64,000 bases of DNA from a virus: positions 85,736 through 149,735 of IMG/VR virus record IMGVR_UViG_3300036773_000146; one strand, written 5' to 3'. This document shows positions 1 through 9,330 of this stretch, piece after piece. The notes under the pieces are model-generated. The model ran no database searches. It was not told where the DNA came from and was given only the letters and a program-made list of their open reading frames with translations. Numbering within the stretch: position 1 is the stretch's first letter; the number at the start of each line of letters is the position of its first letter. Both the position numbers and the translations under genes were made by a program.

Positions 1-661
1 CCCAGACCTTGTGCGAGTGCTTGTCGTCCGGCATCGGGTAGTGCGAGTCGCAGGCGAGAATCGGCTCAATGCCGTAGGCGGTGGCCGCGTCGAGCAGCCA
101 CTGGTTGCCGCTGACCTGCTCGGGCGCGCTGCCCGGCTGGATCTCCAGGTAGAGCCGGTCGCCGAAGATCTCGTGCAGGCGCAGCAGATTGCTGGTGGCC
201 AGCTCCTCGTCACCCCGGTTCAGCGGCTTAAGCACGGGGCCGCCGAGGCACGCGGTGGTGGCGATGACGCCCTTGTTCAGGCGTTGCAGGGTGTCCCAGT
301 CGAGCCGGGCGTACTTGCCCCACAGGCCGTCACGGTAGGACTCGGTGGACATGGACCACAGGTTGCGCAGGCCCTCGTCGTCCATGGCCAGCAGGATCAG
401 GTGCCAGTAGTCGGACGGCTTCTTGCCCCCCTCCTTGCGCTCGAACCGGTCATCGACGAAGTAGGCCTCCAGGCCGAAGATCGGCTTGATGCCCTCGGCC
501 TTGCAGGCCAGCTGGAAGTCCGGATGCGCCGCGCAGATGCCGTGATCGGTGATGGCGAGCGCGGTCTGGCCGTCGGCGGCCGCGAGCTTGGCCAGCTCCT
601 TCGGTGTGGAAAGGCCGTCCAACGCGGAATATTCTGAGTGCACGTGCAAATGGGTGAACAT
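1..661 (-). CDS. dnaE: DNA polymerase III alpha subunit, N-terminal PHP domain (partial, runs off window)
   Basis: Manual translation (absent from the ORF track): MFTHLHVHSEYSALDG...ALAITDHG...IKPIFGLEAY...HLILLA...ACDSHY, the DnaE PHP signatures. GAGG upstream of the ATG at 661. Confidence 0.93.
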   Translation of the reverse strand, partial: MFTHLHVHSEYSALDGLSTPKELAKLAAADGQTALAITDHGICAAHPDFQLACKAEGIKPIFGLEAYFVDDRFERKEGGKKPSDYWHLILLAMDDEGLRNLWSMSTESYRDGLWGKYARLDWDTLQRLNKGVIATTACLGGPVLKPLNRGDEELATSNLLRLHEIFGDRLYLEIQPGSAPEQVSGNQWLLDAATAYGIEPILACDSHYPMPDDKHSHKVW

Positions 662-760
662 CTGGGCATCCTCTGGTACGGATGCGATGTGCGAGCGCCG
701 GAGCCCCTACCTGGGCGAGGCTCCGGCGATCGGCTACATCGTATCGGACAGGTGAGTGGA

Positions 761-1837
761 TCAGTCCGCCGATGCGGTGGAGACGTTCTTGAGACGGGCC
801 TTCATCGCTTCCATCCGGTCCCGGGTGGTCGAACCCGAGGAGGCGTCGCCCTCCTCCGGAAGAGCGCCCGCCATGTCGCCGTCGTGGCTGGAGTCGGGCT
901 CGCTGACCGGCTCCGCGCGCTTGGCCACGCGCTGCTTCGGCGTGGCCTTCTGCTCGTCCTTGGACTCGTCGTCGTCCTTGGTCCCGAGGACCGGGAACGG
1001 GTGCCGGGTGTCGAAGAACTTGTCGTAGTGGTTGTCGGCGGCCTGCTCCTCGATCACGGCTTCGAGGTCGAGGATCTTCGCGTACGACTCGCGCACCGCC
1101 GGGTCCTGAAGGGTGTACGGCTTGCCGTCGTCGTTGAAGATCTTGTCCAGGGGGACGATGTCGAAGTCGGTGTCCTTGCCGGAGCCCACCTTGGTGATCT
1201 TGTAGTCCCGGTCGAGGACCGTGCCGTAGGTCTCCGCGCAGGCCTGGAATTTCTGGAAGAAGTTGCTCATCGCCTGGTTGAGAACGATGACCTCCTTCTC
1301 CTTCTTGGTCTTGCCCGTCGACTCGCCCTTGACGTCGGTCTCCTCGATCTCGACCTCGCGGTCCTGGTAGCCGACCGGCAGTCCGACCTGGTACTCCTCG
1401 ATCTCACCGCGCGCGAGCATGGCCTTCGTACCGATGATCTCGTCGCGCAGAACCGCGCGGGCCCAGACCCGGATCTGCGGGAAGTACTTGCCCCGCTTGT
1501 TGTTGGGGTTGGTCATCTCGTCGCAGATGAAGCACTCGCCGTCGAACTCGGGGAAGACCAGGTCGCCTTCCTTGGTCTTCGACTTGCGGCAGACGGCACC
1601 CATGGTCTCGGGCCACTTCTTGCCCGACTCGGACTTGAAGTCCGGCGGCGTGCCCTTGGTGGGGACGAAGCTGTGCTGGTGGATCCAGATCCACTCTTCG
1701 TGATCGTCGACCAGCCGCACGATCGCGGACTCGTCCTCTGCCAGCCGGAGGTAGTTGGTCTTGCGGAAGCCGGAGCGGGCGGCCTGCTCTTTGACCGCTT
1801 CGCGGGCGGACTTGCCACCCTTGTTGAAATTCGCCAT
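761..1837 (-). CDS. Single-stranded DNA-binding protein, gp32-like
   Basis: Cys motifs (CRK...CFIC), DRDYKITKVGSGKDTDF segment, acidic low-complexity C-terminal region; lies between primase and DnaE. Confidence 0.7.
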   Translation of the reverse strand: MANFNKGGKSAREAVKEQAARSGFRKTNYLRLAEDESAIVRLVDDHEEWIWIHQHSFVPTKGTPPDFKSESGKKWPETMGAVCRKSKTKEGDLVFPEFDGECFICDEMTNPNNKRGKYFPQIRVWARAVLRDEIIGTKAMLARGEIEEYQVGLPVGYQDREVEIEETDVKGESTGKTKKEKEVIVLNQAMSNFFQKFQACAETYGTVLDRDYKITKVGSGKDTDFDIVPLDKIFNDDGKPYTLQDPAVRESYAKILDLEAVIEEQAADNHYDKFFDTRHPFPVLGTKDDDESKDEQKATPKQRVAKRAEPVSEPDSSHDGDMAGALPEEGDASSGSTTRDRMEAMKARLKNVSTASAD

Positions 1838-1904
1838 TTTCGTGCCATTTCCTTCGCGTGTGGTGTCGTATTTTTGTCGTGTAACGCGTGGAGGTGTCGT
1901 GTTT

Positions 1905-2741
1905 TTAGTTTCCGTCCAGGAGTGCGGCGGCCGCTGCGGCTGCCATGTCCTGGTCGGGTTCGTGGTCTTCCCGGAGGTAGGCCGTGCTCATACCGTACGT
2001 GCGGTGTACGACAAAACGTGAGTCCGTGCGGCTGCGCCCGCAAAATCCGACGCAGAAACGGATCGACACCTCCTGTGCGGCGAGCTGACTGACGATCATC
2101 GACTGCCAGCGAGCCAGACGCCCGGTTTCCGGACACCCACTCGACCACCGGTAGTAGCCCCAGAGCCACGGCTGCTGATCGAGACCTTCATCATGCACGA
2201 GATCCGGCTCTTTGTCATCCCCTTCCGGGTAGTGGCGGGGTGACGAGTCACTCTCGGGCTCCAGACCCATCTCACGCATGATCTCGTGCTGCGTGGCCCG
2301 GGTGTCCGGAGACGGATTCCGGCGCATCGCCTCGCGCTTGATCCGCTCTTCGAGCAGCCGCTTCTGGACGCGGTCGAGGTGCGTCTCGCCGAGCGGGGCC
2401 CGGTTGTAGGCCCGGCGGGCGTCCTCGTCCAGCAGCAGCTGGAACACCTCGGTCAGGTACGGGTCGTCCGGTCCCCCGGCGGCCGCGTAGTGCTCCCGCA
2501 GACTCCGGCGGGTGATGCCCTCGTAGGGGAAGGAGAACCCCAGCGCGCGGTAGTAGCCGTTCACGTCGAAGACGACCATGGGCACGATGGCCAGCACCGT
2601 GCACGAGGACGCCTCCAGAGGCCCGCTGCCCGCACGCCGGGGTCGGTCGTACCAGCCGGGCTCCACGACCGCCTGCGGGGCAGCTGAGGGCCCGTACTGG
2701 TACCCGGAGAGATCCAGCGGCGGGCCGAATCCCCCGCTCAT
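1905..2741 (-). CDS. Degenerate J-domain-like protein
   Basis: GYYRALG...LTEVFQLLLDEDARRAYNR resembles J-domain helices I and III/IV; no HPD motif. Confidence 0.5.
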   Translation of the reverse strand: MSGGFGPPLDLSGYQYGPSAAPQAVVEPGWYDRPRRAGSGPLEASSCTVLAIVPMVVFDVNGYYRALGFSFPYEGITRRSLREHYAAAGGPDDPYLTEVFQLLLDEDARRAYNRAPLGETHLDRVQKRLLEERIKREAMRRNPSPDTRATQHEIMREMGLEPESDSSPRHYPEGDDKEPDLVHDEGLDQQPWLWGYYRWSSGCPETGRLARWQSMIVSQLAAQEVSIRFCVGFCGRSRTDSRFVVHRTYGMSTAYLREDHEPDQDMAAAAAAALLDGN

Positions 2742-2935
2742 GCGCCTTCGGGATCAGCGACGGACCACTCCTGCGGCTCCTCGTCGTCCCAGTCGCCCGC
2801 CGGGGCGGCCGGGCGACCGTCGCCGGAGAGGCTGGCGCTCAGGGTGATGCCCTCGGGCAGCTCCTCGCCGCCCTCCTGCTGCTCCGCCTGGTGCTCGGTG
2901 CCGTACTTGCGCATGGCGATCATCCTTCTTTCCAT
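2738..2935 (-). CDS. Small acidic hypothetical protein
   Basis: Overlaps neighbours in operon fashion; high GC3; start uncertain. Confidence 0.55.
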   Translation of the reverse strand: MERRMIAMRKYGTEHQAEQQEGGEELPEGITLSASLSGDGRPAAPAGDWDDEEPQEWSVADPEGA

Positions 2936-5028
2936 TCGGTGAGAGCCGTGGGCCGCTGCCAGAGCGACCAGGGCACGGCGGTCTTGACGAACCGATCCAC
3001 CACGTCGTCGGGCAGGTCGGCGGGATCCTTCCCACGGTAGGGGAACTCGACTACCCGGACCGGCACATACCGCGTCAGGGCACCGAGGAGTCGTTCGGTG
3101 CCCTCCCAGCCGCCGGGGTCCGGGTCGAACCAGACCGTCAGCGACCGGGCTCGTTGCAGGATGCGCACCTGCTCGTCGGTGACCACCTTGCCGAAGCTGG
3201 CGATCATCGGCTGGTGATGGCAGTGCCGCAGGACCGACATCGGGCTCTCCACGAGCACCTGGTCGAGGTTCGGGCCATCCCAGCCGTAGATGATCCGGTT
3301 ACGCGGGCAGCCGACGGAGTTCCGGTACTTCTCCGGGTGCGCGTCCTGCGGGCGGATAGCGCGAGCCTGCCAGCCGACCAGACGGCCCTCCCACCGGATC
3401 GGGATGATGATCCGCTCTTGGGGGTCGCGCGGCACCGGCGATCCGTCATAGTCACGCAGAACCGCACCGGCCTCGTCGCGCTCGTATCCCATCGGATAGT
3501 GCTCGGCGTAGCCGATGCCGAAGCGGCGGCAGTTCTCTTCTGGGATCCCCCGGCAGGTGATGTCGCCGTAGGTCGCCTCGTCGGTCATGTACGGGTGGAC
3601 GTTGTCCCAGGTCCACGGGTCCATGGTGGAATCCGGATAGACGGGCATCTCCTCGGCGCGCAGGGCCTGTCGGTTGAAGATCGCGTCGAGCTGCTCCAGG
3701 ATCTTCGTCTTGTCCAGGACGTGCCCGTCGAGGCCCGTCTGCTCACCCAGCCATGCCCGTGCCGCCGTGTGGTCGTGCTCGCCGCGCACCAGGGCGATGA
3801 ACCACAGCATGCCGCCGCGCGCACCGCAGCCGAGGCAGTTCCCCGTGAGCACGTTCCCGGCGAGCACGAAGGACTGCGTGGTCGGCACCTCGGCACAGTA
3901 GACATCCTCGATCCGGTCGGTCTCTTCCACAGAGACCACCCACCAGTGCGTCCGCTCGTATCGACGTCGCTCCTTGGCCTCCTCGAACCGCACCCGATGT
4001 GCGGGGATGAGGAAAAATTCAGGAGTCAGCGTGGAGTTGCGGAACGACAGCGCAGAAAGCTGGCCCTCTCGGCCGTGGATTCCAACTCGTGTCTTGGTCG
4101 AGAGTGAATAGGTGGCGACTCCGAGGCGATCACAGAGTGCCACGATGAAACGCAATGTCTCTTCCGATGCGCAGCTCAAGGTGATATGCCCGTCATCTGC
4201 CACGCACCCGTCGGCCGCGAAGTACCCGGCCAACCAGCCCCAGAGGTAGCTTGCCCCCTCGTTCAATGAAGGGAGGCTCTTCCAGGAGCGGGGAAGTCCT
4301 CGGGTGATCACAGATCGGTCAGAGTAGTGCTTCACCTCATGGCCTGCGAAGTGCGGCAACATGGCCGCATCTTTTGCTCCGAAGAAGTTCGCTCGTGCGC
4401 CGTGTTCGGTCTGCTGACCATCTCCGTAAACAAATCCGGCCATGATCCCGATGGGCGACAGTCCGGTGCGGCCCGTGCGCGTCATGGCCCACACTGACGG
4501 GATTCGCTGACGGGGTTTGAGCTGGACCGTAGTGGTCTCCACCAGCCTGCTTTCGCGCCCCTTGGGCCGGATGTACCAGCGATGCTCGCCCGTGGTCTCC
4601 ACGACGCGCTGGACACCGTTGCGTGACATCGTGACGCGGTAGATCCGATCGCGCCCATAGTGCTTGACCGGCGCATCCACCCACTTGCCATTGCCGTCAA
4701 GCAGCCGCACAGTCTGCCCAGCCAGCTTCGCGATCGGCACCTCGCCGTCGTAGGTCTTCACCAGGGTGTCCCCGGTGAGGCAGTGAAAGGCGAGCTTTTT
4801 GTAATTAAGTGACGCCGAAGGGTTACGGTCACCGTGGGCATGCGCATCCGGCACCGGGCAGCTGTGCACGATCTCGCCACGCGCCGTCGGCTGGCGGATG
4901 TTCTGGGCCCCGATCTCGGCCAGCAGATCCAGGCAAAGCTGCTTCTTGGTCTCGTCGTCGAGCAGGCCTGCATCGAACAGTCCCGCGCCCTGCGGCAGCG
5001 TCGCGGCACCCCGGTTGAAGTTAGCCAT
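2920..5028 (-). CDS. dnaG: DNA primase (Zn finger + TOPRIM) containing an intein
   Basis: Start MANFNRG overlaps the helicase stop. CPVPDAH...FH[intein]CLGC zinc finger, RIIIPI..GRLVGWQAR, LVES, WFDPDPGG, KDPAD. Confidence 0.9.
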   Translation of the reverse strand: MANFNRGAATLPQGAGLFDAGLLDDETKKQLCLDLLAEIGAQNIRQPTARGEIVHSCPVPDAHAHGDRNPSASLNYKKLAFHCLTGDTLVKTYDGEVPIAKLAGQTVRLLDGNGKWVDAPVKHYGRDRIYRVTMSRNGVQRVVETTGEHRWYIRPKGRESRLVETTTVQLKPRQRIPSVWAMTRTGRTGLSPIGIMAGFVYGDGQQTEHGARANFFGAKDAAMLPHFAGHEVKHYSDRSVITRGLPRSWKSLPSLNEGASYLWGWLAGYFAADGCVADDGHITLSCASEETLRFIVALCDRLGVATYSLSTKTRVGIHGREGQLSALSFRNSTLTPEFFLIPAHRVRFEEAKERRRYERTHWWVVSVEETDRIEDVYCAEVPTTQSFVLAGNVLTGNCLGCGARGGMLWFIALVRGEHDHTAARAWLGEQTGLDGHVLDKTKILEQLDAIFNRQALRAEEMPVYPDSTMDPWTWDNVHPYMTDEATYGDITCRGIPEENCRRFGIGYAEHYPMGYERDEAGAVLRDYDGSPVPRDPQERIIIPIRWEGRLVGWQARAIRPQDAHPEKYRNSVGCPRNRIIYGWDGPNLDQVLVESPMSVLRHCHHQPMIASFGKVVTDEQVRILQRARSLTVWFDPDPGGWEGTERLLGALTRYVPVRVVEFPYRGKDPADLPDDVVDRFVKTAVPWSLWQRPTALTEWKEG
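3838..4782 (-). mobile_element. Intein (315 aa) with LAGLIDADG homing endonuclease
   Basis: Begins CLTGDTLV and ends VYCAEVPTTQSFVLAGNVLTGN|C. Block B TTGEHRW; motifs MAGFVYGDG and LAGYFAADG; lower GC than flanks. Confidence 0.93.
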
Positions 5029-6337
5029 CGGTCGCCTCCGACAGGGCGCGGATGTCGCCGACCCCGAGGCGCCAGGCCATGTTCCAGGCGTTCGGCATGG
5101 GTTCCACACGACGGCCCTTGAGCTTCTGCCAGAGCACGCCGTCCTCGTTGTCCTCGGTCGGTTGCAGCATGGCGGTGTGCACGTGGTCGGCGCTGCGCTC
5201 GACCTCGGAGGACTCGGCGAAATCCTCCATGTGGTGCCGCCCGCCCTTGCGCGCGTTCTTGATGCCCTCACGGTTGATCTGGGCCATCACCATCAGCGAG
5301 AGCTTGTCCGCGCCCGAGGAGACCAGTCGCTTGAATCCGCGCATGATCTGCGCGACTTCCTCGTTGCGCTTGTAGGTGCGGGAGCCGGGCATCGGCTCGA
5401 CGTGCGAGAGCTGGTCGACGATCAGCGACTCGGCCCCGACGGAGAGGGCCCGGCGGACGATGGCCACGGGGTCGCGGTCGCCCTCGTCGGGCATGACCGC
5501 GATCGGGCCGTGCTCGGTGTCGGACACCTGGCGCCGTGCCACGTGGAAGCGCAACAGCGAGCCCTCGTCGAGCTTGCCTTGCTGGAACCGGGCGTAGGAG
5601 ATGCCCGCCAGCACGCAGGCCATCCGGTCGTAGGTCATCTCCAGGTCGTTCTCCAGGGTGACCAGCATGCAGCGGCGCCCCCGGCGCCAGTCGGCCACGG
5701 CCGCCTTGATCGCGACCCAGCTCTTGCCGACGCCGGAGCCCGCGCCGAAGATGGCGATCTCGCCGGGCCAGATGCCCATCAGGTGCTCGTCGATCAGCGG
5801 CAGGCCGAAGGTCAGGCCTTTGACGTGGTTGCGCGCCGTGGCGCGCTCCTGGTAGCGGATCCAGGCGTCGTCCAGGCCGATGTCGGCGGCCATCTCCTGG
5901 TGATGGCTGGTGACCCGCTGAGAGAGGTCGTAGAGCTGCCCCGCATAAGTCCGGACCAATTCCGGCCGGTCGGGTGCCGGAGCGTCGGCCATCTCGACCG
6001 CCAGGGCCTTGACGAACACCTGCACCACGTGGTTGGCGTACTGGCTGCGCAGCTCCTCGACGGCCCACTGGATCGAGTCGTCGTCGTACTCGTCGTCCAC
6101 GACCAGGCCGAGCCGCTCCATCTCGCGGCCCCAGGTGGTGGTGATGCCCTCTTTCGTGGGCGCGAGCTTGCGGCCGCTCTTGTGGTACTGGTCGAGTGTC
6201 CAGGCCACGAGATCGCGACCCAGCTCGGTGGGGATGCACTCGCGGTTGTGTTCGCTGGAGAAGCCCTCGCGGACGAGATAGTCCAGCGAATCGGTGGTGG
6301 TGAGGTTGTTGTAGAGGACTTCCTCGGCGTGGTTCAT
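5021..6337 (-). CDS. dnaB: Replicative DNA helicase, DnaB-like
   Basis: Walker A GAGSGVGKS, VTLEN, LIVDQL, MAQINRE, ESSEVERSAD. Confidence 0.9.
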   Translation of the reverse strand: MNHAEEVLYNNLTTTDSLDYLVREGFSSEHNRECIPTELGRDLVAWTLDQYHKSGRKLAPTKEGITTTWGREMERLGLVVDDEYDDDSIQWAVEELRSQYANHVVQVFVKALAVEMADAPAPDRPELVRTYAGQLYDLSQRVTSHHQEMAADIGLDDAWIRYQERATARNHVKGLTFGLPLIDEHLMGIWPGEIAIFGAGSGVGKSWVAIKAAVADWRRGRRCMLVTLENDLEMTYDRMACVLAGISYARFQQGKLDEGSLLRFHVARRQVSDTEHGPIAVMPDEGDRDPVAIVRRALSVGAESLIVDQLSHVEPMPGSRTYKRNEEVAQIMRGFKRLVSSGADKLSLMVMAQINREGIKNARKGGRHHMEDFAESSEVERSADHVHTAMLQPTEDNEDGVLWQKLKGRRVEPMPNAWNMAWRLGVGDIRALSEATDG

Positions 6338-6430
6338 TGCGGCTCCGGTGCGCCTGTGCCTGTGGGCATGAACATGGTGCTGCTCCTGATCACTGCCCCC
6401 GCCCTGATGGAGCGGGGGCCCTCGGCGAGG

Positions 6431-6862
6431 TCAGAGCATGGACGAAATCCTGGCGGCGAACACGGGGTCACTGGTCTTGTGGAAGCGAGCCACCGAGACC
6501 GGCGCGCCGAGCCACTCGCCACCGGCCTGCTCGAAGGCGTACCGGGCGATGTCCATCCCCAGTCCCTCCCAGCGAGCGGCGAACCCCATGAAAACGGTGT
6601 TTTCCTTGCGGACGTCACGCGGGAACGGCCCGTGGACGGCCAGCAGCTGTTCGATCACGTAGTCGCGGACGTGTTCCCACTCGTAGGAGCCGGACGCGTC
6701 TACGTCATTCTTCGGGTCGTGGGCGGGCTCCTGGGGTGCAGGAGCGACGGCCGGGATGACCGTGACCCGCTCCTGCACCATGGGAACCTCAGCCCGGACT
6801 GTCTGGACCTCTGCGGCTTGGGTCGTCCGCGCACGGTCCGTATCGGTCTGGAAGTTCAGCAC
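6431..6862 (-). CDS. Hypothetical protein
   Basis: AGGAG before the GTG start; high GC3. Confidence 0.7.
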   Translation of the reverse strand: MLNFQTDTDRARTTQAAEVQTVRAEVPMVQERVTVIPAVAPAPQEPAHDPKNDVDASGSYEWEHVRDYVIEQLLAVHGPFPRDVRKENTVFMGFAARWEGLGMDIARYAFEQAGGEWLGAPVSVARFHKTSDPVFAARISSML

Positions 6863-6912
6863 CGGTTCTCCTCATGGTCGAATGCTTATCTGCCCAGGTC
6901 AGAGCAGTCTTC

Positions 6913-7296
6913 CTAACGCCTGTCGAAGACGTTCTTGGTGATCCAGGTCCGGAACCGGATGATCAAGATATCCATCTCGCCCTTGAGGGGCTCCTGATCA
7001 TAGGTGCGGTCCGTGTGGATCTCCAGGTGCGGGACACTGTCTCGAAGCAGGAGATGATGACGCAAGATCTGCTTCTCCTGTTGCGGGGTGTGCTCCGGCT
7101 GGAGGATGAACCAGCAATCGTCGTCGTATCCGGCGAAGTAGCCGGACACGCTGGCGGCCTCTGAACCACGGATGTAAGCCGTGATCTTCTGGCCCCTGAT
7201 CGTGGCCCGGCCGAGCTGACGGAGCATCGTCGTCGCGGTGTCCCGCAACGGTGTCAGCTCCTCGTCCGTGCCAGGATCGATCGGCGTGCTGGGCAC
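6913..7296 (-). CDS. Hypothetical protein
   Basis: AGGAGG RBS upstream; globular-looking sequence. Confidence 0.7.
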   Translation of the reverse strand: MPSTPIDPGTDEELTPLRDTATTMLRQLGRATIRGQKITAYIRGSEAASVSGYFAGYDDDCWFILQPEHTPQQEKQILRHHLLLRDSVPHLEIHTDRTYDQEPLKGEMDILIIRFRTWITKNVFDRR

Positions 7297-7350
7297 AACG
7301 TCCTCCTGGTGTCATATCCCTGGGGCACCCATTGGGTGCTCCGGAAGTGG

Positions 7351-8301
7351 CTAGGGCTGGCTACCACTCCTCTCCGCCCGGTCGCGGCGCAACGAATGCC
7401 CCGGCAGCCGGGTCTTGATCCAGAGCCGGTTCGCCTGGTGGCGGGCCAGCAGGGTGGTCAGTTCATACCGGCGGAAAAAGATCTCCACCGGGTCACCCGG
7501 AGTGGCCTCGTCGTGCTGACGCAGCCGGGTGGGTTCGGGGGCGGGCAGGAGCGGCGTCGCCACGAGCAGGTCCACCAGTTCGACGTTCGTGAGGATCCGG
7601 TCCCGCTCGGAGGGGTATTCCTCCCGCAGGGCGCGGTCGAGATTCCAGTCGTACCGGGCCAGCAGGGCCAGGGCACGCTTGGGGCCGACCCCGGCGATAC
7701 CGATGACATTGTCGGAGGAGTCGCCGCGCAGCGCGGTCACCAGCGGCCAGCGGCGGGGCGTGCAGCCCAGCTCGGCCTCGACCCGGTCGGCGTCCCAGTA
7801 GTCCGGGCCGGTACTCAGGTCGGGGAATCGCCGGACGATGGTGTGCCCGTCGAACGGATTCTGCCCGGCCAGCTGGAGCAGGTCCTTGTCCCCGGAGACG
7901 ATGATGATCTCCTCTTCGCCGACGATGGAATTCCACCAGCCCGCGATGAGGTCATCCGCCTCCTCATCCGGGCGCCAGGCGCTCTGGATACCCGCGCGGG
8001 TGAGGAAGTCCCGCATGGCCGCGAAGGTGGCGTCCTTGGCGAACTCAGGGGCCTCTTTCCGGTTGCCCTTGTAGCTCGCCGACAACGCGAGCCGCCGAAC
8101 ACTGCGGCCGTCCCAGGCCACGGCCACGTGGCTGGCGTCCTCTCCGCCGACGATCTTCGTGAGCATGTTGACGAAGATCATCAAGGCACCGGTCGGCACA
8201 CCGTCATCCGTGGACAGCGCCGTACCCGAGGCCGAGGCCGCATGCACGGCCCGCATGGCCAGATTGTTGCCGTCGATAAGCAGATACTTGCTCACGGTCA
8301 C
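7351..8301 (-). CDS. 5'-3' exonuclease / flap endonuclease (PolA N-terminal-like)
   Basis: LLIDGNNL, VAWDG, YKGNR, EADDLIA, SGDKDLLQL, GDSSDNVIGIAGVGPKRA. Confidence 0.92.
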   Translation of the reverse strand: MTVSKYLLIDGNNLAMRAVHAASASGTALSTDDGVPTGALMIFVNMLTKIVGGEDASHVAVAWDGRSVRRLALSASYKGNRKEAPEFAKDATFAAMRDFLTRAGIQSAWRPDEEADDLIAGWWNSIVGEEEIIIVSGDKDLLQLAGQNPFDGHTIVRRFPDLSTGPDYWDADRVEAELGCTPRRWPLVTALRGDSSDNVIGIAGVGPKRALALLARYDWNLDRALREEYPSERDRILTNVELVDLLVATPLLPAPEPTRLRQHDEATPGDPVEIFFRRYELTTLLARHQANRLWIKTRLPGHSLRRDRAERSGSQP

Positions 8302-8708
8302 TCGCCTCTTTCCGGCTGGGCCAGCCCCGAAAGGACTTTCAGTGCGATGTGATTGAGCAGGTCCTGCAAGAGAACGGGCGCGGAATCACGCCGTTGCGGG
8401 CCGGTGCTGGGCAGCCGCTCGGACTCGTTGAGCCGCTCCAGGCACATCTCCAGGGCGCGGGACAGTTCCTCGCGGACGACGTCCTGCGGGTCCGGGCGCG
8501 GCCCGTGCACCGTCGGCGCGATGTGCTGGCACTGTGCGCACAGCGGGGTGCCGTCATGCGGGCACTCGTAGAGCGCCTCGTACTTTTCACAGCTGGCGCA
8601 GATCAAACCCAGGTGCGCAGGGCACCGGTGCTCGTCGCCCTCGGGCATGCTCTTGCAGTACGAGCTGTCCCGCAGGCCGTAGCCGCAGATCCCTCGGTCG
8701 CCGGTCAC
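8298..8708 (-). CDS. Cys-rich hypothetical protein
   Basis: Several CxxC/CxxH motifs; 4-bp overlaps with both neighbours. Confidence 0.65.
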   Translation of the reverse strand: MTGDRGICGYGLRDSSYCKSMPEGDEHRCPAHLGLICASCEKYEALYECPHDGTPLCAQCQHIAPTVHGPRPDPQDVVREELSRALEMCLERLNESERLPSTGPQRRDSAPVLLQDLLNHIALKVLSGLAQPERGE

Positions 8709-9268
8709 TCGGACTCCTTGTCGTTCAGGAAGGTGATGTCGCGCTCGGCGCGCAGCAGGGCCGTGGAGGCCTTCTTGATGTCGGCGCCGTAGCTCGGCAT
8801 CGGCCGGTCGTCGTCGGCGTGCTCCATCTGGTCCAGGACCAGGGTGATCACCTGGCGGCGCACCTGGGACGCGCCGTTCCAGTGCTTGACCAGGAATCCG
8901 CCGTCACCGATCTCGTACAAGTTCAGGATGGCCACGGCCTTGACCACACGGATGGTCATGGCGAACTGCAAGGCGCTGATCGCCCGGTCGGCGAGCAGGA
9001 TGTGCGCGAGGTTCTCGACGTCGTGCAGGCCGAAGCGGCGATGGCCGGAATCGGTGCGGGGCGGGTCGTAGGTACCCCGGCGCTCGACCAGCCGCTGACG
9101 CAACCACACGGTGCTCTTGCCGAAGAAGACGTGTGCGACTTCCATCGCGGTGAACGTCGGCTTCTGACCGGCGGCCAGGAACATCTCCTCGGTCACCCAG
9201 CGCGGTCTGTCCGGCGGAGTGAGGACGCCTTCGCCGGAGACGACGAACGGCTCGATCGGGTATTGCAT
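8705..9268 (-). CDS. MerR-like HTH DNA-binding protein
   Basis: FTAMEVAHVFFGKSTVWLR...PPRTDSGHRRFGLHDVE; GGAGG before the ATG. Confidence 0.65.
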   Translation of the reverse strand: MQYPIEPFVVSGEGVLTPPDRPRWVTEEMFLAAGQKPTFTAMEVAHVFFGKSTVWLRQRLVERRGTYDPPRTDSGHRRFGLHDVENLAHILLADRAISALQFAMTIRVVKAVAILNLYEIGDGGFLVKHWNGASQVRRQVITLVLDQMEHADDDRPMPSYGADIKKASTALLRAERDITFLNDKESE

Positions 9269-9330
9269 GGGCCCTCCAGGCGAGGCGAAGGGCCGCCCGG
9301 CATCCCCCTGCGGAGCCGGGCGGCCCGAGA

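Noticed and set aside
11-2092. Long + strand ORFs (11-637, 638-2092; likewise 51789-54668, 54434-57304, 58879-61044 and others)
   Set aside because: Antisense shadows of high-GC3 - strand genes, with no recognisable motifs.
5029-5271. Extended N-terminus of the primase ORF (similarly the extensions of 19633-25821, 24939-26672 and 12228-13313)
   Set aside because: They overlap upstream real genes in another frame; internal starts coupled to upstream stops fit better.
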